DNA of 64,000 bases, taken from positions 49,972,001 through 50,036,000 of the forward strand of contig OZ024744.1 of NCBI GenBank assembly GCA_964016885.1, written 5' to 3'. This DNA is from Eledone cirrhosa. Its lineage: Eukaryota. Position numbers and translations under genes: made by a program. The notes under the pieces were generated by a model that saw nothing but the letters and a program-made list of their open reading frames with translations, had not been told where the DNA came from and did no database searches. Shown here piece after piece: positions 25,558-38,206 of the stretch; position 1 is the first letter of the stretch, and each line of letters begins with the position of its first letter.

Positions 25558-26792
25558 AGATAAAGTTTTGATTTGGGTGTTTCGAAAGTGTATGAAAGGG
25601 AGGGGTGTCCATTAGTTTTTACACATCACCAATATGCTATCTGAAAGGACTGGTTTTATGGTATGACTTTATTCTGTGTTTTAAGTGTGAAAATAGAAGC
25701 TGAAACTCTAAAACCATCTAAGTTAAAACAAAATACGAGAAAAGGTAACATTTTAAGAATTTGGATTAAAAAAACGCCGTCCTGGTAACCCTGCAACTAA
25801 CTGTAATCATACAGTACTTTCTCCTAGTTTGCACTACCCCTTTCGTCTTTTAATTTCTCTCCCAAAACAATCCGTTTCTTCTACTATTTTTACTAAACTG
25901 TTGTCGAGTATTGTCGGTCGTCGCTGCTGTTGGATTTACCTACAGACATGTACAGTATAGTATATTATCATTATTGAAGAACTAGAAAGGGACCATCAAA
26001 TGGAGAAGACGGCCGGTAGTAATGCAAGAAAGGGTCCGCAAAGAGACGTTAAACGCGATGCTTTAAAAAACACTTGAGGGAGAAAATATCAAAAATATTG
26101 CCGAAGCTTTAAAGCTTGGAACGTCTGCAGTTGTAACAATACTCAAGTACTCAAGCAGTTACTTCGTTAACTGCTCGGACATTATTTTGTCATGTAATGT
26201 GAACTGACGTTCATATTGGACGTGATGTACTGATAAACAATAGTTATTCAAGCAAGAATTGAAAGTTTGTATGAGGTTTTGAAGAAAAAGAACAGTGAAT
26301 CTTCTAATGGAATTTTTTTTTTTTTGTGGCGTGTGAAAAATTTAAGAAACACTTTAATTTGTTGAATATTAAAAATGTTGATGATTATATGCTCCGTAAC
26401 ATAAGTTCTTGACTCCAGCCAATGAATGGATCAAGTTGTGATTTATAACTCCAAGACATTATCAGAGAACTATAAACTTGTAAAAGTAATTGACCAGGAG
26501 GATAGATTTGTAGTTAAAGACTTCTGCAAATTTTTCAACATTATCAGCGCTGTGGATAAGATAGTAGAGGCATGGGTGAAAGTGAAACACTCAGCTATGA
26601 ATGGTGCTTGGAAAAATATGTGGCAATGCAGTATTTGTAACTTTACACGTCTTCCAGAGGCAAAAAGTCAACATCAAATTCGAGAAAATATGACACTAGC
26701 AAATAATGTAGACTTTGAAGACATTGACAATGATGTAACTGAGTTTCATAAGTTTTTCTAATAAGGAGATGATGTTATTTAAGCAAGAGGAA

Positions 26793-26977
26793 GGGCAGTG
26801 AATTGGCAGTATCGGTAGAGAGTCGGACGCTATGCTTTCCATTATAGTTACGTCCCTTTACGGTCTGAGTTCAAATCCCGTCGAGGTTAACTTTGCCTTT
26901 CATCCTTACGGGGTCGATAAAATAAAGTACCAAAAATGAACTGGGTAATATCTGGCCTTGTGCCAAAAGTATAAACA
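26793..26977 (+). mobile_element. Full-length tRNA-derived SINE with 19-bp TSD
   Basis: A-box-like tggcagtatcgg and B-box gagttcaaatcc. TSD gttatttaagcaagaggaa at 26774-26792 and 26978-26996. Confidence 0.9.
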
Positions 26978-27164
26978 GTTATTTAAGCAAGAGGAAACAA
27001 CATGGGAAGAGGGGGATACAGAAATAGAGCCAAGTTAACTAAAATTAACTGTAAAGAATATTGCAAGAGAATTGGCGCTTATAGAAGAATGTCTATGTGT
27101 TTGCTGGTCAGGATCCTAATCGCGAACGTTACATAAGAATTACGAGATGATATTATAATGAACT

Positions 27165-27605
27165 CACGTTCCGCGGTGGCAAACCCCTCGTCTGGGATGC
27201 CACTTGCACCAACACTTTCTGCAGCCGCAACCTGGTGCAGTCTGCGATTAACCCGGGTTCTGCTACACGTCGGGCTGAGGAGGCTAAACTCTTCAAATAC
27301 CGGTCGCTCTTTGACAGATTTGCGGTTGTACCCTTGGTAGTGGAGACTTCTGGTCTCCCCGGCCCTAGGGCTACCTTCCTACTCACCACCATAGGCGCTG
27401 AGCTGGCCAGCCGCAGATGTGAGCCCCGCGAGTTGGAGTGGCTTTTCCAGCGCGTCTCCCTTGCCATCCTCCGAGGAAACGCCTTCTCCATTCTGACCGC
27501 CGGAGCTGTGGAGGGGCCCCATCGCGTATCATTCCATATTTAATTTTGGTCGGTATGTGTATGTTTATGTTTTGGATGTTGACGAAGACTAAGCTGTTAT
27601 AAAAG
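27165..27605 (+). mobile_element. 3' fragment of a CRE-like RLE non-LTR element
   Basis: GGKPLVWDATCTNTF..AEEAKLFKY..VPLVVETSG..LFQRVSLAILRGNA, a GC-rich island inside the Tigger remnant. Confidence 0.8.
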
Positions 27606-27616
27606 GCGAAGTTAAG

Positions 27617-27737
27617 AATAATTGTTTCTACTATTGGCACAAGGCCAGCAATTACCCAGTACATTACTGGTACTTTATTTTATCGACTCCGTAAGGATGA
27701 AAAGCAAAGTTAACCTCGGCGGGATTTGAACTCAGAA
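27617..27737 (-). mobile_element. 5'-truncated tRNA-SINE (same family as 26793)
   Basis: Reverse complement of the SINE body from the B box to the tail. aagaataat occurs on both sides. Confidence 0.8.
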
Positions 27738-28065
27738 TGGCGTCAAAGCATGAAGAATAATGTAAATAAATTAGTGGAGGGAGGTTAATTATGTCTACTT
27801 TTTACATTGTCGCTTTCAAAAGTTTTCTTTTTACTTTTTACATAGTTATCCTACAAAGCTGTACAAAGAGATGACGCGCCATAGATATCAACCAAATTTG
27901 GATAAATTCTTCATGCCTCAAGTCGACGTTGATGATAACAAACAATATGCAAGAAAATAGTGGCTCTCATCCGCCAGTAATTCTTATTACACCACCTCTC
28001 CCCAAACAGTAATTAATATCTTTTGCAGTAAGAATGTACCCTGTTACGATATAACGATTTTTATT

Positions 28066-28192
28066 ATTTTATGTATATGTATATTGTATTGTGTATGTCT
28101 AGTCATTGTTGTATTCATGCAAGGTATTTTATGTATATGTATATTGTATTGTGTATGTCTAGTCATTGTTGTATTCATGCAAGGTATTTTAT
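28066..28192. repeat. 60-bp tandem duplication
   Basis: tttatgtatatgtatattgtattgtgtatgtctagtcattgttgtattcatgcaaggtat occurs twice. Confidence 0.9.
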
Positions 28193-28253
28193 AACATGGA
28201 TTTCGGAATTCTGCTTTACAGGATGCACATTTCTAACGTGGGGAGGAGGCTTA

Positions 28254-28384
<131 letters not shown>

Positions 28385-28385
28385 T

Positions 28386-29190
28386 AGTTTTTATATAGAA
28401 GAGCTTCTACAGGACTAGAACTGTTTCATTCGTGAGAAATCATCAGGAAGCTAGCTGTCCAAGTAAATGGTAGTATTTATGTCTTTCCTTATCTGGTGGT
28501 AGGAGAGGGTTGGGATGGGTGTAGGTCATTGGTTGAAGGATTTAAAGAATATTAATATTATAGCTTTAAAGAATTAGCTTTTAATGAATCCCCTTTCTTT
28601 AAATCCTTCAACCAATGACCTACACCCATCCCAATCCCCACCCGCTCCTATCACCTGATAAGGAAAGACATAAATACTACCATTTACTTGGACAGCCAGC
28701 TTCCTGATGATTTCTCACGAATGAAACAGTTCTAGTCCTGTAGAAGCTCTTCTATATTAACACTTTTATACTCTGCTATGTATTGAGTACCTTACTTACT
28801 GTGGTTACCTCCGATTCAACCTGGAATAACAGCTATTATCTGCGACCTGATTTTGCGTGTGTCAATTTAACGGCTTGACCGTATGCGTTGGGCAGGAAGC
28901 GAAATATTTACTTACTATAGGGCTGGCAACCTTATAGTGTGGAAATAGGCTGTCTGAAGATTCATTTCTTTCCATTGGAAATTCTCTGGATTTCCAATCT
29001 TTTGGAATGATGAAACCGTCGATAACAGCAATGGAACAGGTGATTATTTAGAGAATTCTTTGATAACCGCTTGCTCAGCTATTTTTATATTGTTCTGGTA
29101 TCTCGAATTAGTACCATTGAACCACAAATATTATAAACAACTTGCATATTTCTACAAGTACATAGTACCTGTTGAGGTATTCATCCACTT
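28386..29190. mobile_element. Fold-back element family C, locus 2, with extended right arm
   Basis: Inverted arms about 28386-28548 and 28595-28760. HHR on minus at 28402-28452 and on plus at 28698-28748. Continues about 360 bp past the end seen in the other copies. Confidence 0.8.
28698..28748 (+). ncRNA. Type I hammerhead ribozyme (family C, covariant)
   Basis: AGCTTC-CTGATGA-T TTC TCAC GAA T-GAAAC-AG TTCTAGTC CT-GTA^-GAAGCT. Stem I has an A-U to C-G swap relative to 20882. Confidence 0.9.
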
Positions 29191-29227
29191 TTATATATAG
29201 ATATGTGTATATGTATGTGTATATGTA

Positions 29228-29260
<33 letters not shown>

Positions 29261-29265
29261 GTATG

Positions 29266-29309
<44 letters not shown>

Positions 29310-29385
29310 TATATGTATATATATATATATATATATGTATATGTATATGTATATATGTATTTATATATATATATATATATGTGTG

Positions 29386-29575
<190 letters not shown>

Positions 29576-29771
29576 GATACATAGATCTATAGAATATGCA
29601 TACCAACTCTAACACATATATATCCTAGAAACGATCGTAAAATGATGAATTTTTTTAATATAAGGAACTGTTTCTTTGTTTATTCATTATTTTATTAATT
29701 TATATATATATATATATATATATGTGTCTATATATATATACAGTATATATATTTATGAAATAACAGATTAA

Positions 29772-29822
29772 AGTTTAAGCAAAGAATCGCTGCTTTCACC
29801 CTTAACGGGATCTTCTGAAACT
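29772..29822 (-). ncRNA. Hammerhead with 5-bp helix III (U4A core)
   Basis: Reverse complement AGTTT-CAGAAGA-T CCC GTTAA GGG T-GAA-AGCAG CGATTCT TTGCT-T^-AAACT. Confidence 0.6.
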
Positions 29823-30500
29823 AACAAAGTCAATCTGTAAACGCAGAACTGGATATTTCAAAAAACGTTGCAACCGGAGGAAGACAGGAAGACGATACTT
29901 TGGTTCGTGGTAACGTTCGCTGGCAAAGAACGGGAAAAAACGAATAATACGTCATTAATAGGAGCGGTGAAAAACAATTACGCGCAAAGACAGAACCACG
30001 TTTATGGTATAAAAGAGGTCGTAGACTAATGTTCTCTTAGGTGGTGCATAGAGACGTTCTCTGGCAATGAACGAAAAAACGAAGATAATAAGTCATATGT
30101 GGAGAGTGGAGAACAATAGCACAGAGAAAACAATAGCAAAGAGAAAACCACATAAATGGTATAGCAGAAGTCGTAGACTAAAATTCTAACTAGGAGACCA
30201 AATGAATCTCCGCTACAGAGTTACGAACAAAGTAAATAAATACAATACAGAAGTAATAGAAATAAATAAATACATACACGCAATCAAATACGTACATACA
30301 CGAGCATACGCAAAACCTTACCATAGGTATACAAAACCACGCACATATAAATATGTGTGTGTGTGTGTATGCTTGTGTACAAATAAATAAATAATTATAT
30401 AAACGTATATAAGTAAATAAATACGTATATAACAAGCGCACACACATTTCTGTTAGTATATATAATGAACGAAGGTAAATTTTACCTATTTAACTTAATG

Positions 30501-30567
<67 letters not shown>

Positions 30568-30694
30568 CGAAGAAAATGTGGTAAGGAACCAGGTGGACCA
30601 TAACGCACCAAAGTACTCAATACTTGAGGTAGTAGTGTGGGTAATAGGAACCAGTAAGAGACCGACAGCTGAGCTCAAGCCGTTTATATATATG

Positions 30695-30725
<31 letters not shown>

Positions 30726-30762
30726 GTATGTATATGTATATATATATATATATGTATGTATA

Positions 30763-30804
<42 letters not shown>

Positions 30805-30811
<7 letters not shown>

Positions 30812-31142
30812 GTGAGGTTTTTTTTACAAAATGAAAAATAACCAAGGTGTCCTACACGAGTGAAAGTATAAAGAAAAAGAGATTAAATCGAAAATGCAAC
30901 TGAAGTCTTATTTTTTTTTAAAATATATATATTTATTTGGTTCCTTTACCGGTTTCGCAGTTCTTCTGCTTTTCAAAAGGTGAGTTGAGATGGAGGGTCT
31001 GTGGAAAAACCACAGACCCTCCATCTCAACTCACCTTTTGAAAAGCAGAAGAACTGCGAAACCGGTAAAGGAACCAAATAAATATATATATTTAAAAAAA
31101 AAATAAGACTTCAGTTGCATTTTCGATTTCATCTCTTTTTCT
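30805..31142. mobile_element. Fold-back element family D, copy 2
   Basis: Long near-perfect palindrome with apex ctgtgg-aaaaa-ccacag near 31007. HHR on minus at 30943-30980 and on plus at 31034-31071. Confidence 0.85.
31034..31071 (+). ncRNA. Minimal hammerhead with U3-A8 core (family D)
   Basis: CCTT-TTGAAAA-GCAG AAGAA CTGC-GAAAC-CG-GTA^-AAGG, with palindromic ACCGGT helix III. Confidence 0.78.
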
Positions 31143-31227
31143 ATATATATATATATATGTTTATATATATATATGTATATATATATATGTATGTTTATAT
31201 ATATATATGTATATATATATATGTATG

Positions 31228-31258
<31 letters not shown>

Positions 31259-31290
31259 GTATATATATATATGTATGTATATATATATAT

Positions 31291-31322
<32 letters not shown>

Positions 31323-31495
31323 GTATGTATATGTATATATATATATATATGTATGTATATGTAAATATATATATATGTATGTATATGTAAATATATATAT
31401 ATGTATGTATATGTAAATATATATATATATATATATATAAATATATATATATATGTATGTATATGTATATATATATATATGTATATATATATATG

Positions 31496-31554
<59 letters not shown>

Positions 31555-31611
31555 CTAAGATCGACTCTCCTTATTTCTTTTCAATGGTTGACAATACCTT
31601 ACCGGCGCCAC

Positions 31612-31786
31612 TCGAATAAGGTAGTTATTTAAGCCATAAATGGAGCCCTAACAGGTACTACCAACCCGGGCCAGGGCAGACCTGGGAGTCATGACAACTA
31701 AGGGGTAACTCCACATTCCCCACATCTCCTGAACTCCCGAACTGGAGCCTTGCCACTGGATGTAGTTTAATGTCATACCCAGGACA
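31612..31786. mobile_element. SINE or RTE-derived interspersed repeat fragment
   Basis: ccctaacaggtactacc..gacctgggagt..ccacattcccc..gtcatacccaggaca resembles an abundant octopod repeat (from recall, not a search). Confidence 0.5.
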
Positions 31787-31802
31787 TATATATATATATA
31801 TG

Positions 31803-31879
<77 letters not shown>

Positions 31880-31994
31880 CATAAAACATGTCTATAGAAT
31901 CACCAGATAAAATATATACCGTTTCCTCTCCCAATTAGCATAATTAACCATATAAAAAATCGATTAGACCAAGCCATAAGTGACCCGCTGCAAA

Positions 31995-32061
<67 letters not shown>

Positions 32062-32066
<5 letters not shown>

Positions 32067-35000
32067 TTGCGATGTTTTTTATATGAAATCGTGTGTCGAA
32101 ACAAATATTGTTATACTTGGGGAGGGTCATATTTGTGTAATATTGCCAGAATTAATAACAGAACACACTCACTGTTTGGTTGCTTTTCGCTTTTCGCTTC
32201 TGTGTCTTTTATATCGGTAATCTAATATAATATAATATACTCGGTCCTCAATGTTGCCATTGACTGACCGACGGTCAAAAATAATACAGATACAATATAG
32301 ACACAAACACATATATATAGTTTGTCATAAATCTTTCGTTGCACATCTGGAACATCGTCAGTGGTGTTATTGTTTCCTCCTGTTGAATTGTATGGCTACG
32401 CCATTTTTTATTCAGTCTGTCTATATATTTATTTATTTATTTGCTTGTTTGTTTATTTTATTTTGTCTTCTTTGCGCATGCGTTTGCGTGTGTGTATAGT
32501 GTTTTGTTTGATGTGTGATGTGTGTTCGTGATTGGGTGACTAATGTGTGTTTATGTGTTTGTTGTTATTGTGCTTGTGTATGTATTTATTTATTTATTTA
32601 TTTATTTATTTATTTTATTTTATTTTGTTTACTTATTTATACTTCTCTTAGGTCAGTGTTGTTTGTTTGGGTGTTGTTGTTATTCCATTCATTCTTTCTC
32701 TTTAGTCTTGGTCGTCTAAATTCTATTTCACTGGCCTCTCTGATTTGCCTATCTGCTGGGTCATTTCTATGTTTAGATATTATTCTAATTTCTATGTTGT
32801 CTATATTACCGTCATGTTGTTGTCTGGCATGTTCGTATAGTACTGACCCGTTTTTTCGTCCTTTTAGTTCCCCCCAGTGTTGGTCTATCCTTTCACCTAT
32901 GCTACGAGCTGTCTCACCTATTTATGCTGTTGTCATGTTTCTGCAGGTACCCTCTGTACATCTTATGCTATAGACTACGTTTCTAGTTTTACAGTTTATC
33001 CGGGGGTTTACCTTACATATGATACATTTCCTATTGGTACAGTGGGTTTTCTTAAAAGGGTATGTTTTGCTGATCAGGGATTTTATGGTGGTTCCTGGCT
33101 TTTCTACCACCTTAATTTTTAAGTGGGTCTTTCTCAGGGCCTTTCCACACTGATTAGCTAATTTCCCTGCAGGGGTAGCGTCCACAAACATGACACTCTG
33201 GTATCTCTGGTTGTCGTACCATGAGGTGGTTTTCCCTATCTTATGTCTAGCCCTATCTAAGCTATTCCATGATTTGCTCCTGTATAATGGGCAAATTCCT
33301 TTCATGTCCAGTTCTATGAGGGTCTTATATTTCTCCATGGCTCCTTCGTATACTCTGACTCTGTCTCTTTGGTTGTAGCCAGAGAACTGCATGCGGTTGA
33401 TTATGTGTTGGATGTGTCTTTCCATTTCTGTTGGGTCGCACATGCGGGACATATTCTTCATCACTCGTACCAAATCTGCGATCAGAATATTAAACTTAGC
33501 ACTACTGGACATTGCTGAGTGTTTGAGTATCAGGTATTTGGAGGCCATGGGTTTAGCATAGTGTGAGTGGAGAATTTGGACTCCCTCGTCTATAGTGTTA
33601 ATCCAGAGTTCTGTGTCTAATACAGGCAGTCTATTGTTAGGGTGTTTGGAAGGGAAGTCGATAGTTACAGTTATACTCTGGTGTATGGAATTAGCTATCT
33701 GCTGGATGCTTTCCATTGTGCTACGTTCTAAATCAAACTTGTTAGTGCTCTCTAGTGGGGATGTTCTTATAACTATATTGATATCGTCTACATAACGAGA
33801 GTACATGATGAGGTCTATGGAGCTCTCATTAAGGAGATCTTTAAGTCTCCTTTCTCACCATACCATGAAAAGGTTGGCAACATCGCCAGCTATGCTGACG
33901 CCAATGGTTGCTCCTTCATTTTGGGTGTAGATCTTCTCGTTAAACTTAAATATGTGGCCCTTGAGGGTAGTTTTGATACTAGCCCCTATTGCATATGCGA
34001 CCATTTTTCTTACCTGATCAGTGTTTTGGGGGGTCCGTATAGCTTTGGTCCACCCAATCCACCTTCCCATGGGAGTCTTTTTTGCCATTGAGGTTATGGT
34101 GGGGGATCTACCTCTTATGGGTCTACTAGGGCAGAAAAGTCTAAGGTCATGGCTGTCTAGGTATTCAGTGTCGTAGGTAAGTCTAAGTAGGAGGCCCAGT
34201 TCGTCTGTGTCGACGTCGCAGAACTCCACCTCACTCTCAATGATCATCTCCACACACTTTTTCACAGCAAAATCAATGTTAATGGATGGGTACAGTGACA
34301 CCACATCCATGCTGCCTATTATGCAGTTGGTTAGGTTCCTGTTTTTGTTGCACTCACTGATTCTGCTGAGGAGGTCCTCTGTACTGTCACATACATCCGG
34401 GGACATCTTGATTATGGGGCGTATAACCATTGAGAGGAAGTAGGAGATCCTGTAGTTACTCGCTATATTAGCTCCGCATACGGGTCTTGTTGGTGGTCCT
34501 GTTGTCGGGTCGTCGACTGTCTTGTGGTCTTTGCGGAGCCCATACAAGGGTGGTATGCCATTGTTAGACGCCTGGAAGTTGTTGGCAGTGCGTCTGCTTG
34601 GCTTTAGGATGTCAGTCCACATCATCATGTGAGCGTTGAGGATTTTCTCTCTCCCATCGTGTGTTTGTTGTGCAATTTCGCTCGTGTTGGTGATGTGGGG
34701 TTGCATAGCCTTGATGTAGTTCGGCATGCTATCTATTGACATCCTACCAGACTTATCCGTGGGTAGACATACTACCTCACCATCCCTTGTGCGCTGCTTG
34801 AGGCTAACCAAGCCTTCTACAGGTTTCCTCCCAAGTTGTTGGGCCTCTGGTCTGCTCTGTCTCTCAGTATACCTGTCTACTATTTGTCTAATCTTATTTC
34901 TAGCTATGGTGAACTGTGCCTCTGTCTCGTCATCTATTTGTTGTGGTATGCAAACTCTTTTATTAAAGGGTAACCTCGTAGGATAGATGTTACCCATCTT

Positions 35001-35875
35001 ATATGTTTTGTCAGCTGGGTTGAAAAATAGTTTCTCTAAGGGGTTGTCATTATATCTATCGTCATAGTTGTGTGTGTTGCTATTATTGTTATCATGGTGG
35101 TTGTTGTTGTTCCTATCATTAGCATTATTATTATTGTTATGATTGCTAGATGTATTGTTGTTTACTTCACCGTTATTGTTGGTGTTACTGTTAATTCTAC
35201 CATTGTGGTTGTTACTTTTATTATGTTTCTTGTTTTTGTTGTGTCTATCATTAATGTTGCTACATGTATTATTTCCATTATTACCACTGTGCTTATTGTT
35301 GTTGTTGTTCGTATTGTTACCGTTATTACTACTGTGGTCGCTGCTGACCTAAGAGAAGTATAAATAAGTAAACAAAATAAAATAAAATAAATAAATAAAT
35401 AAATACATACACAAGCACAATAACAACAAACACATAAACACACATTAGTCACCCAATCACGAACACACATCACACATCAAACAAAACACTCTACACACAC
35501 GCAAACGCATGCGCAAAGAAGACAAAATAAAATAAACAAACAAGCGAATAAATAAATAAATATATAGACAGACTGAATAAAAAATGGCGTAGCCATACAA
35601 TTCAACAGGAGGTAACAATAACACCACTGACGATGTTCCAGATGTGCAACGAAAGATTTATGACAAACTATATATATGTGTTTGTGTCTATATTGTATCT
35701 GTATTATTTTTGACCATCGGTCAGTCAATGGCAACATTGAGGACCGAGTATATTATATTATATTAGATTACCGATATAAAAGACACAGAAGCGAAAAGCG
35801 AAAAGCAACCAAACAGTGAGTGTGTTCTGTTATTAATTCTGGCAATATTGCACAAATATGACCCTCCCCAAGTAT

Positions 35876-35882
<7 letters not shown>
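32062..35882 (-). mobile_element. Penelope-like element (Neptune-like) with ~540-bp inverted pseudo-LTR
   Basis: One frame from 34997 to 32637 with two in-frame stops (33855 TGA, 32922 TAA). Motifs LYGLRKDHK, TRPVCGA, MDVVSLYPSI, GATIG, RYVDD, CIIC..C..NVVYSIRC..C..*IGETARSIGERIDQH. Inverted repeats at 32105-32656 and 35344-35882. Confidence 0.92.
35622..35665 (+). ncRNA. Degenerate hammerhead in the pseudo-LTR (mirror copy 32323-32366 on minus)
   Basis: CTGACGA-T GTTCCA GATG TGCAAC-GAAAG-AT-TTA-TG. Stem I is weak. Confidence 0.45.
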
Positions 35883-35912
<30 letters not shown>

Positions 35913-35916
35913 TATG

Positions 35917-35989
<73 letters not shown>

Positions 35990-36072
35990 ATATACATATA
36001 TATGTATGTATATGTATATATATATATGTGTGTGTGTGTATGTATATACATATGCATACATATATATATATT

Positions 36073-36256
36073 ATGGTGGATTGGCAGAATTGGTAGAGGG
36101 CTGGACATGCTTTCCAGCATAGTTACGTCCCTTTACTATCTGAGTTCAAATCCCGCCAAGGTTAACTTTGCCTTTCTTCCTTACAAGGTCGATGAAATAA
36201 AGTACCAATAGTGTGCTGGGTTATTGCTGGCTTTGTGCCGAAAGTAGAAACAATTA
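36073..36256 (+). mobile_element. tRNA-derived SINE (same family as 26793)
   Basis: tggcagaattgg A box, gagttcaaatcc B box and tail aaagtagaaacaatta. Confidence 0.85.
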
Positions 36257-36284
36257 TATATATTTCATATCACAAACCTTCCAA

Positions 36285-36339
<55 letters not shown>

Positions 36340-36442
36340 GTATATATATATATATGTAAAAGGTAAACGAAAATAACGACACAATCGGCACAGTATATGG
36401 AAGGGATATATTAGGTTAACGCTTGATATAGCAGGAAGAGGG

Positions 36443-36478
36443 TCTTAACGTTTCTGACGATAGTCCTTCATCAGAAGA
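36443..36478 (-). ncRNA. Ultra-minimal hammerhead (GAAACGTT type)
   Basis: Reverse complement TCTT-CTGATGA-AG GAC TATC GTC A-GAAACGTT^-AAGA. Confidence 0.65.
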
Positions 36479-36540
36479 AAGAATGAGAAATAAATAACAG
36501 GTCCATTCATGCTGACATCTCTTGCAATTATATATATATA

Positions 36541-36595
36541 TGAGATTCCTGATGATTTCTAAAGAATGAAACAGTTCTAGTCCTGTAGAATCTCA
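36541..36595 (+). ncRNA. Type I hammerhead ribozyme (family C, locus 3; element 36541-36680)
   Basis: TGAGATTC-CTGATGA-T TTC TAAA GAA T-GAAAC-AG TTCTAGTC CT-GTA^-GAATCTCA. Confidence 0.88.
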
Positions 36596-36687
36596 TCTAT
36601 ATTAAAACTTTTATACTCTGCTATATATTGAGTACCTTACTTACTGTGGTTACCTCCGATTCAACCCGGAATAATAACGTATATATA

Positions 36688-36739
<52 letters not shown>

Positions 36740-37440
36740 GGAATCCACCGCCCTTTATATATATATATAGGAAATAATAAATTTTATCAATATAAAAAAT
36801 ATCGATCATATTGCCTGGTAATCTCACGGGCTAACAGTAGTGCTAGAAGTAACACCTCGTTAGATCCGTAAGCCCTACTACAAATTAAAACTATTAGGGG
36901 CAGTCTTACAATAATACAAGAACACATCAGTTACTGTTGCCGAGACAAAATGTTTCCAAAGAAATAAAGGCGTATGAAGATCGTAAAAACCGTGTGTGCA
37001 TGTGTCTGTACAAGGGCCTTGTTTCAGGGGGGGGGGGGTTACAGGGGGACAATTTCCACCACTTTTTCAAACGTCTGTGTTTTATTTTTTGTTTATTTGA
37101 TATAATAAATTCTTTTTAATCTAATTTTTCTAAATCTGAACATCATTTGAATATATAAAATTTAATTAACGTAAAATTTTACTTATGTGATAGGGTCTGG
37201 AAAAGGCAGCATAAGCAATTTATGCTCTTTTAAGAATCAACAAATGTTGGTTTGTCCTCACATTTTTAAGGCAAACTAGGCTCCGGTGTGTGTATATATA
37301 TACAAACACTACCATCATTAACTAACTATTTGTGTGCACTCTGTATATTAAAATGCAGTTCCTCAACTGCATGCTTATTATCTCATTGAGTGATTGGGTC
37401 ATAGCCGGAAGTCGCTAAAATAAATTCGGTGACTTTCATA

Positions 37441-37502
<62 letters not shown>

Positions 37503-38206
37503 GTGTTTTTGTGGTTCTATAGATGATATACGCAAATTCTGTTGAAGACGCAACTAAGTCCGATAATCGATTGAATGCGTTTATCATCTTTTCAATTTAC
37601 AGAGAAATTCGTATTTCTGGCATGTTTACATGTTTATATATTAAAAAATATGTATATTTATACACACATTGGCGCAGTTTCGGTTACTCACGCTTTATAT
37701 ATATAAGTATAACTTCACATATGCGTGTGTCTGTGTATATATAATTGTGTACATACGTATGTATATGCTTAAATGTACGCAGATAAACATACATTTCACT
37801 GAGTGTGTATGAATGTATGTGTATTTGTTTGTGTGTGTGTGTATTTATGTGTGTATTTAATCAATACAGGAGTACATGAGGTGGTGACAGTGGGAGGGAC
37901 TGGAGCTAATAGGAAACGGACGCTTTGTCTATTGATGCAGCAAAATGCATACAAGCAACACAAGATTATGCACTGATATGATATGCATCAATGTTGCAAA
38001 TAAGACGAACAGACTACTTCTGAATTTGGAAATGTCCGACAAAACTAATCGATAACGAAGTCGATATGGTTTGCAGTCGTAAAGTAAATGGGAAAACTAA
38101 TCGCCACATCAAAGTTTATTGTATTTTATTCTATTAGTTTGTTTTTATTCTCTTTTCCCGTTTCTATTGGATTTAAGTTATATTTTCTGATTACTTAATA
38201 ATATTT

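Larger units (their letters stand above)
26000..27920 (+). pseudogene. Degraded Tigger/pogo DDE transposase with nested insertions
   Basis: QP(M)..MDQVVIYNSK, NIISAVDKIVEAWVKVKHSAMNGAWKNMW, and C-terminal KLYKEMTRHRYQPNLDKFF near 27860-27912. Confidence 0.7.

Noticed and set aside
26793-26880. tRNA gene
   Set aside because: The A/B boxes belong to a SINE head with a TSD and several copies, and there is no cloverleaf.
28960-29195. Open frame in the extended arm of family C locus 2
   Set aside because: Short, no clear start and no motif. It might be a PLE N-terminus, but this is unsupported.
37870-38085. Exon-like unique segment after ..atacag
   Set aside because: All three frames contain stops, with no supporting homology.
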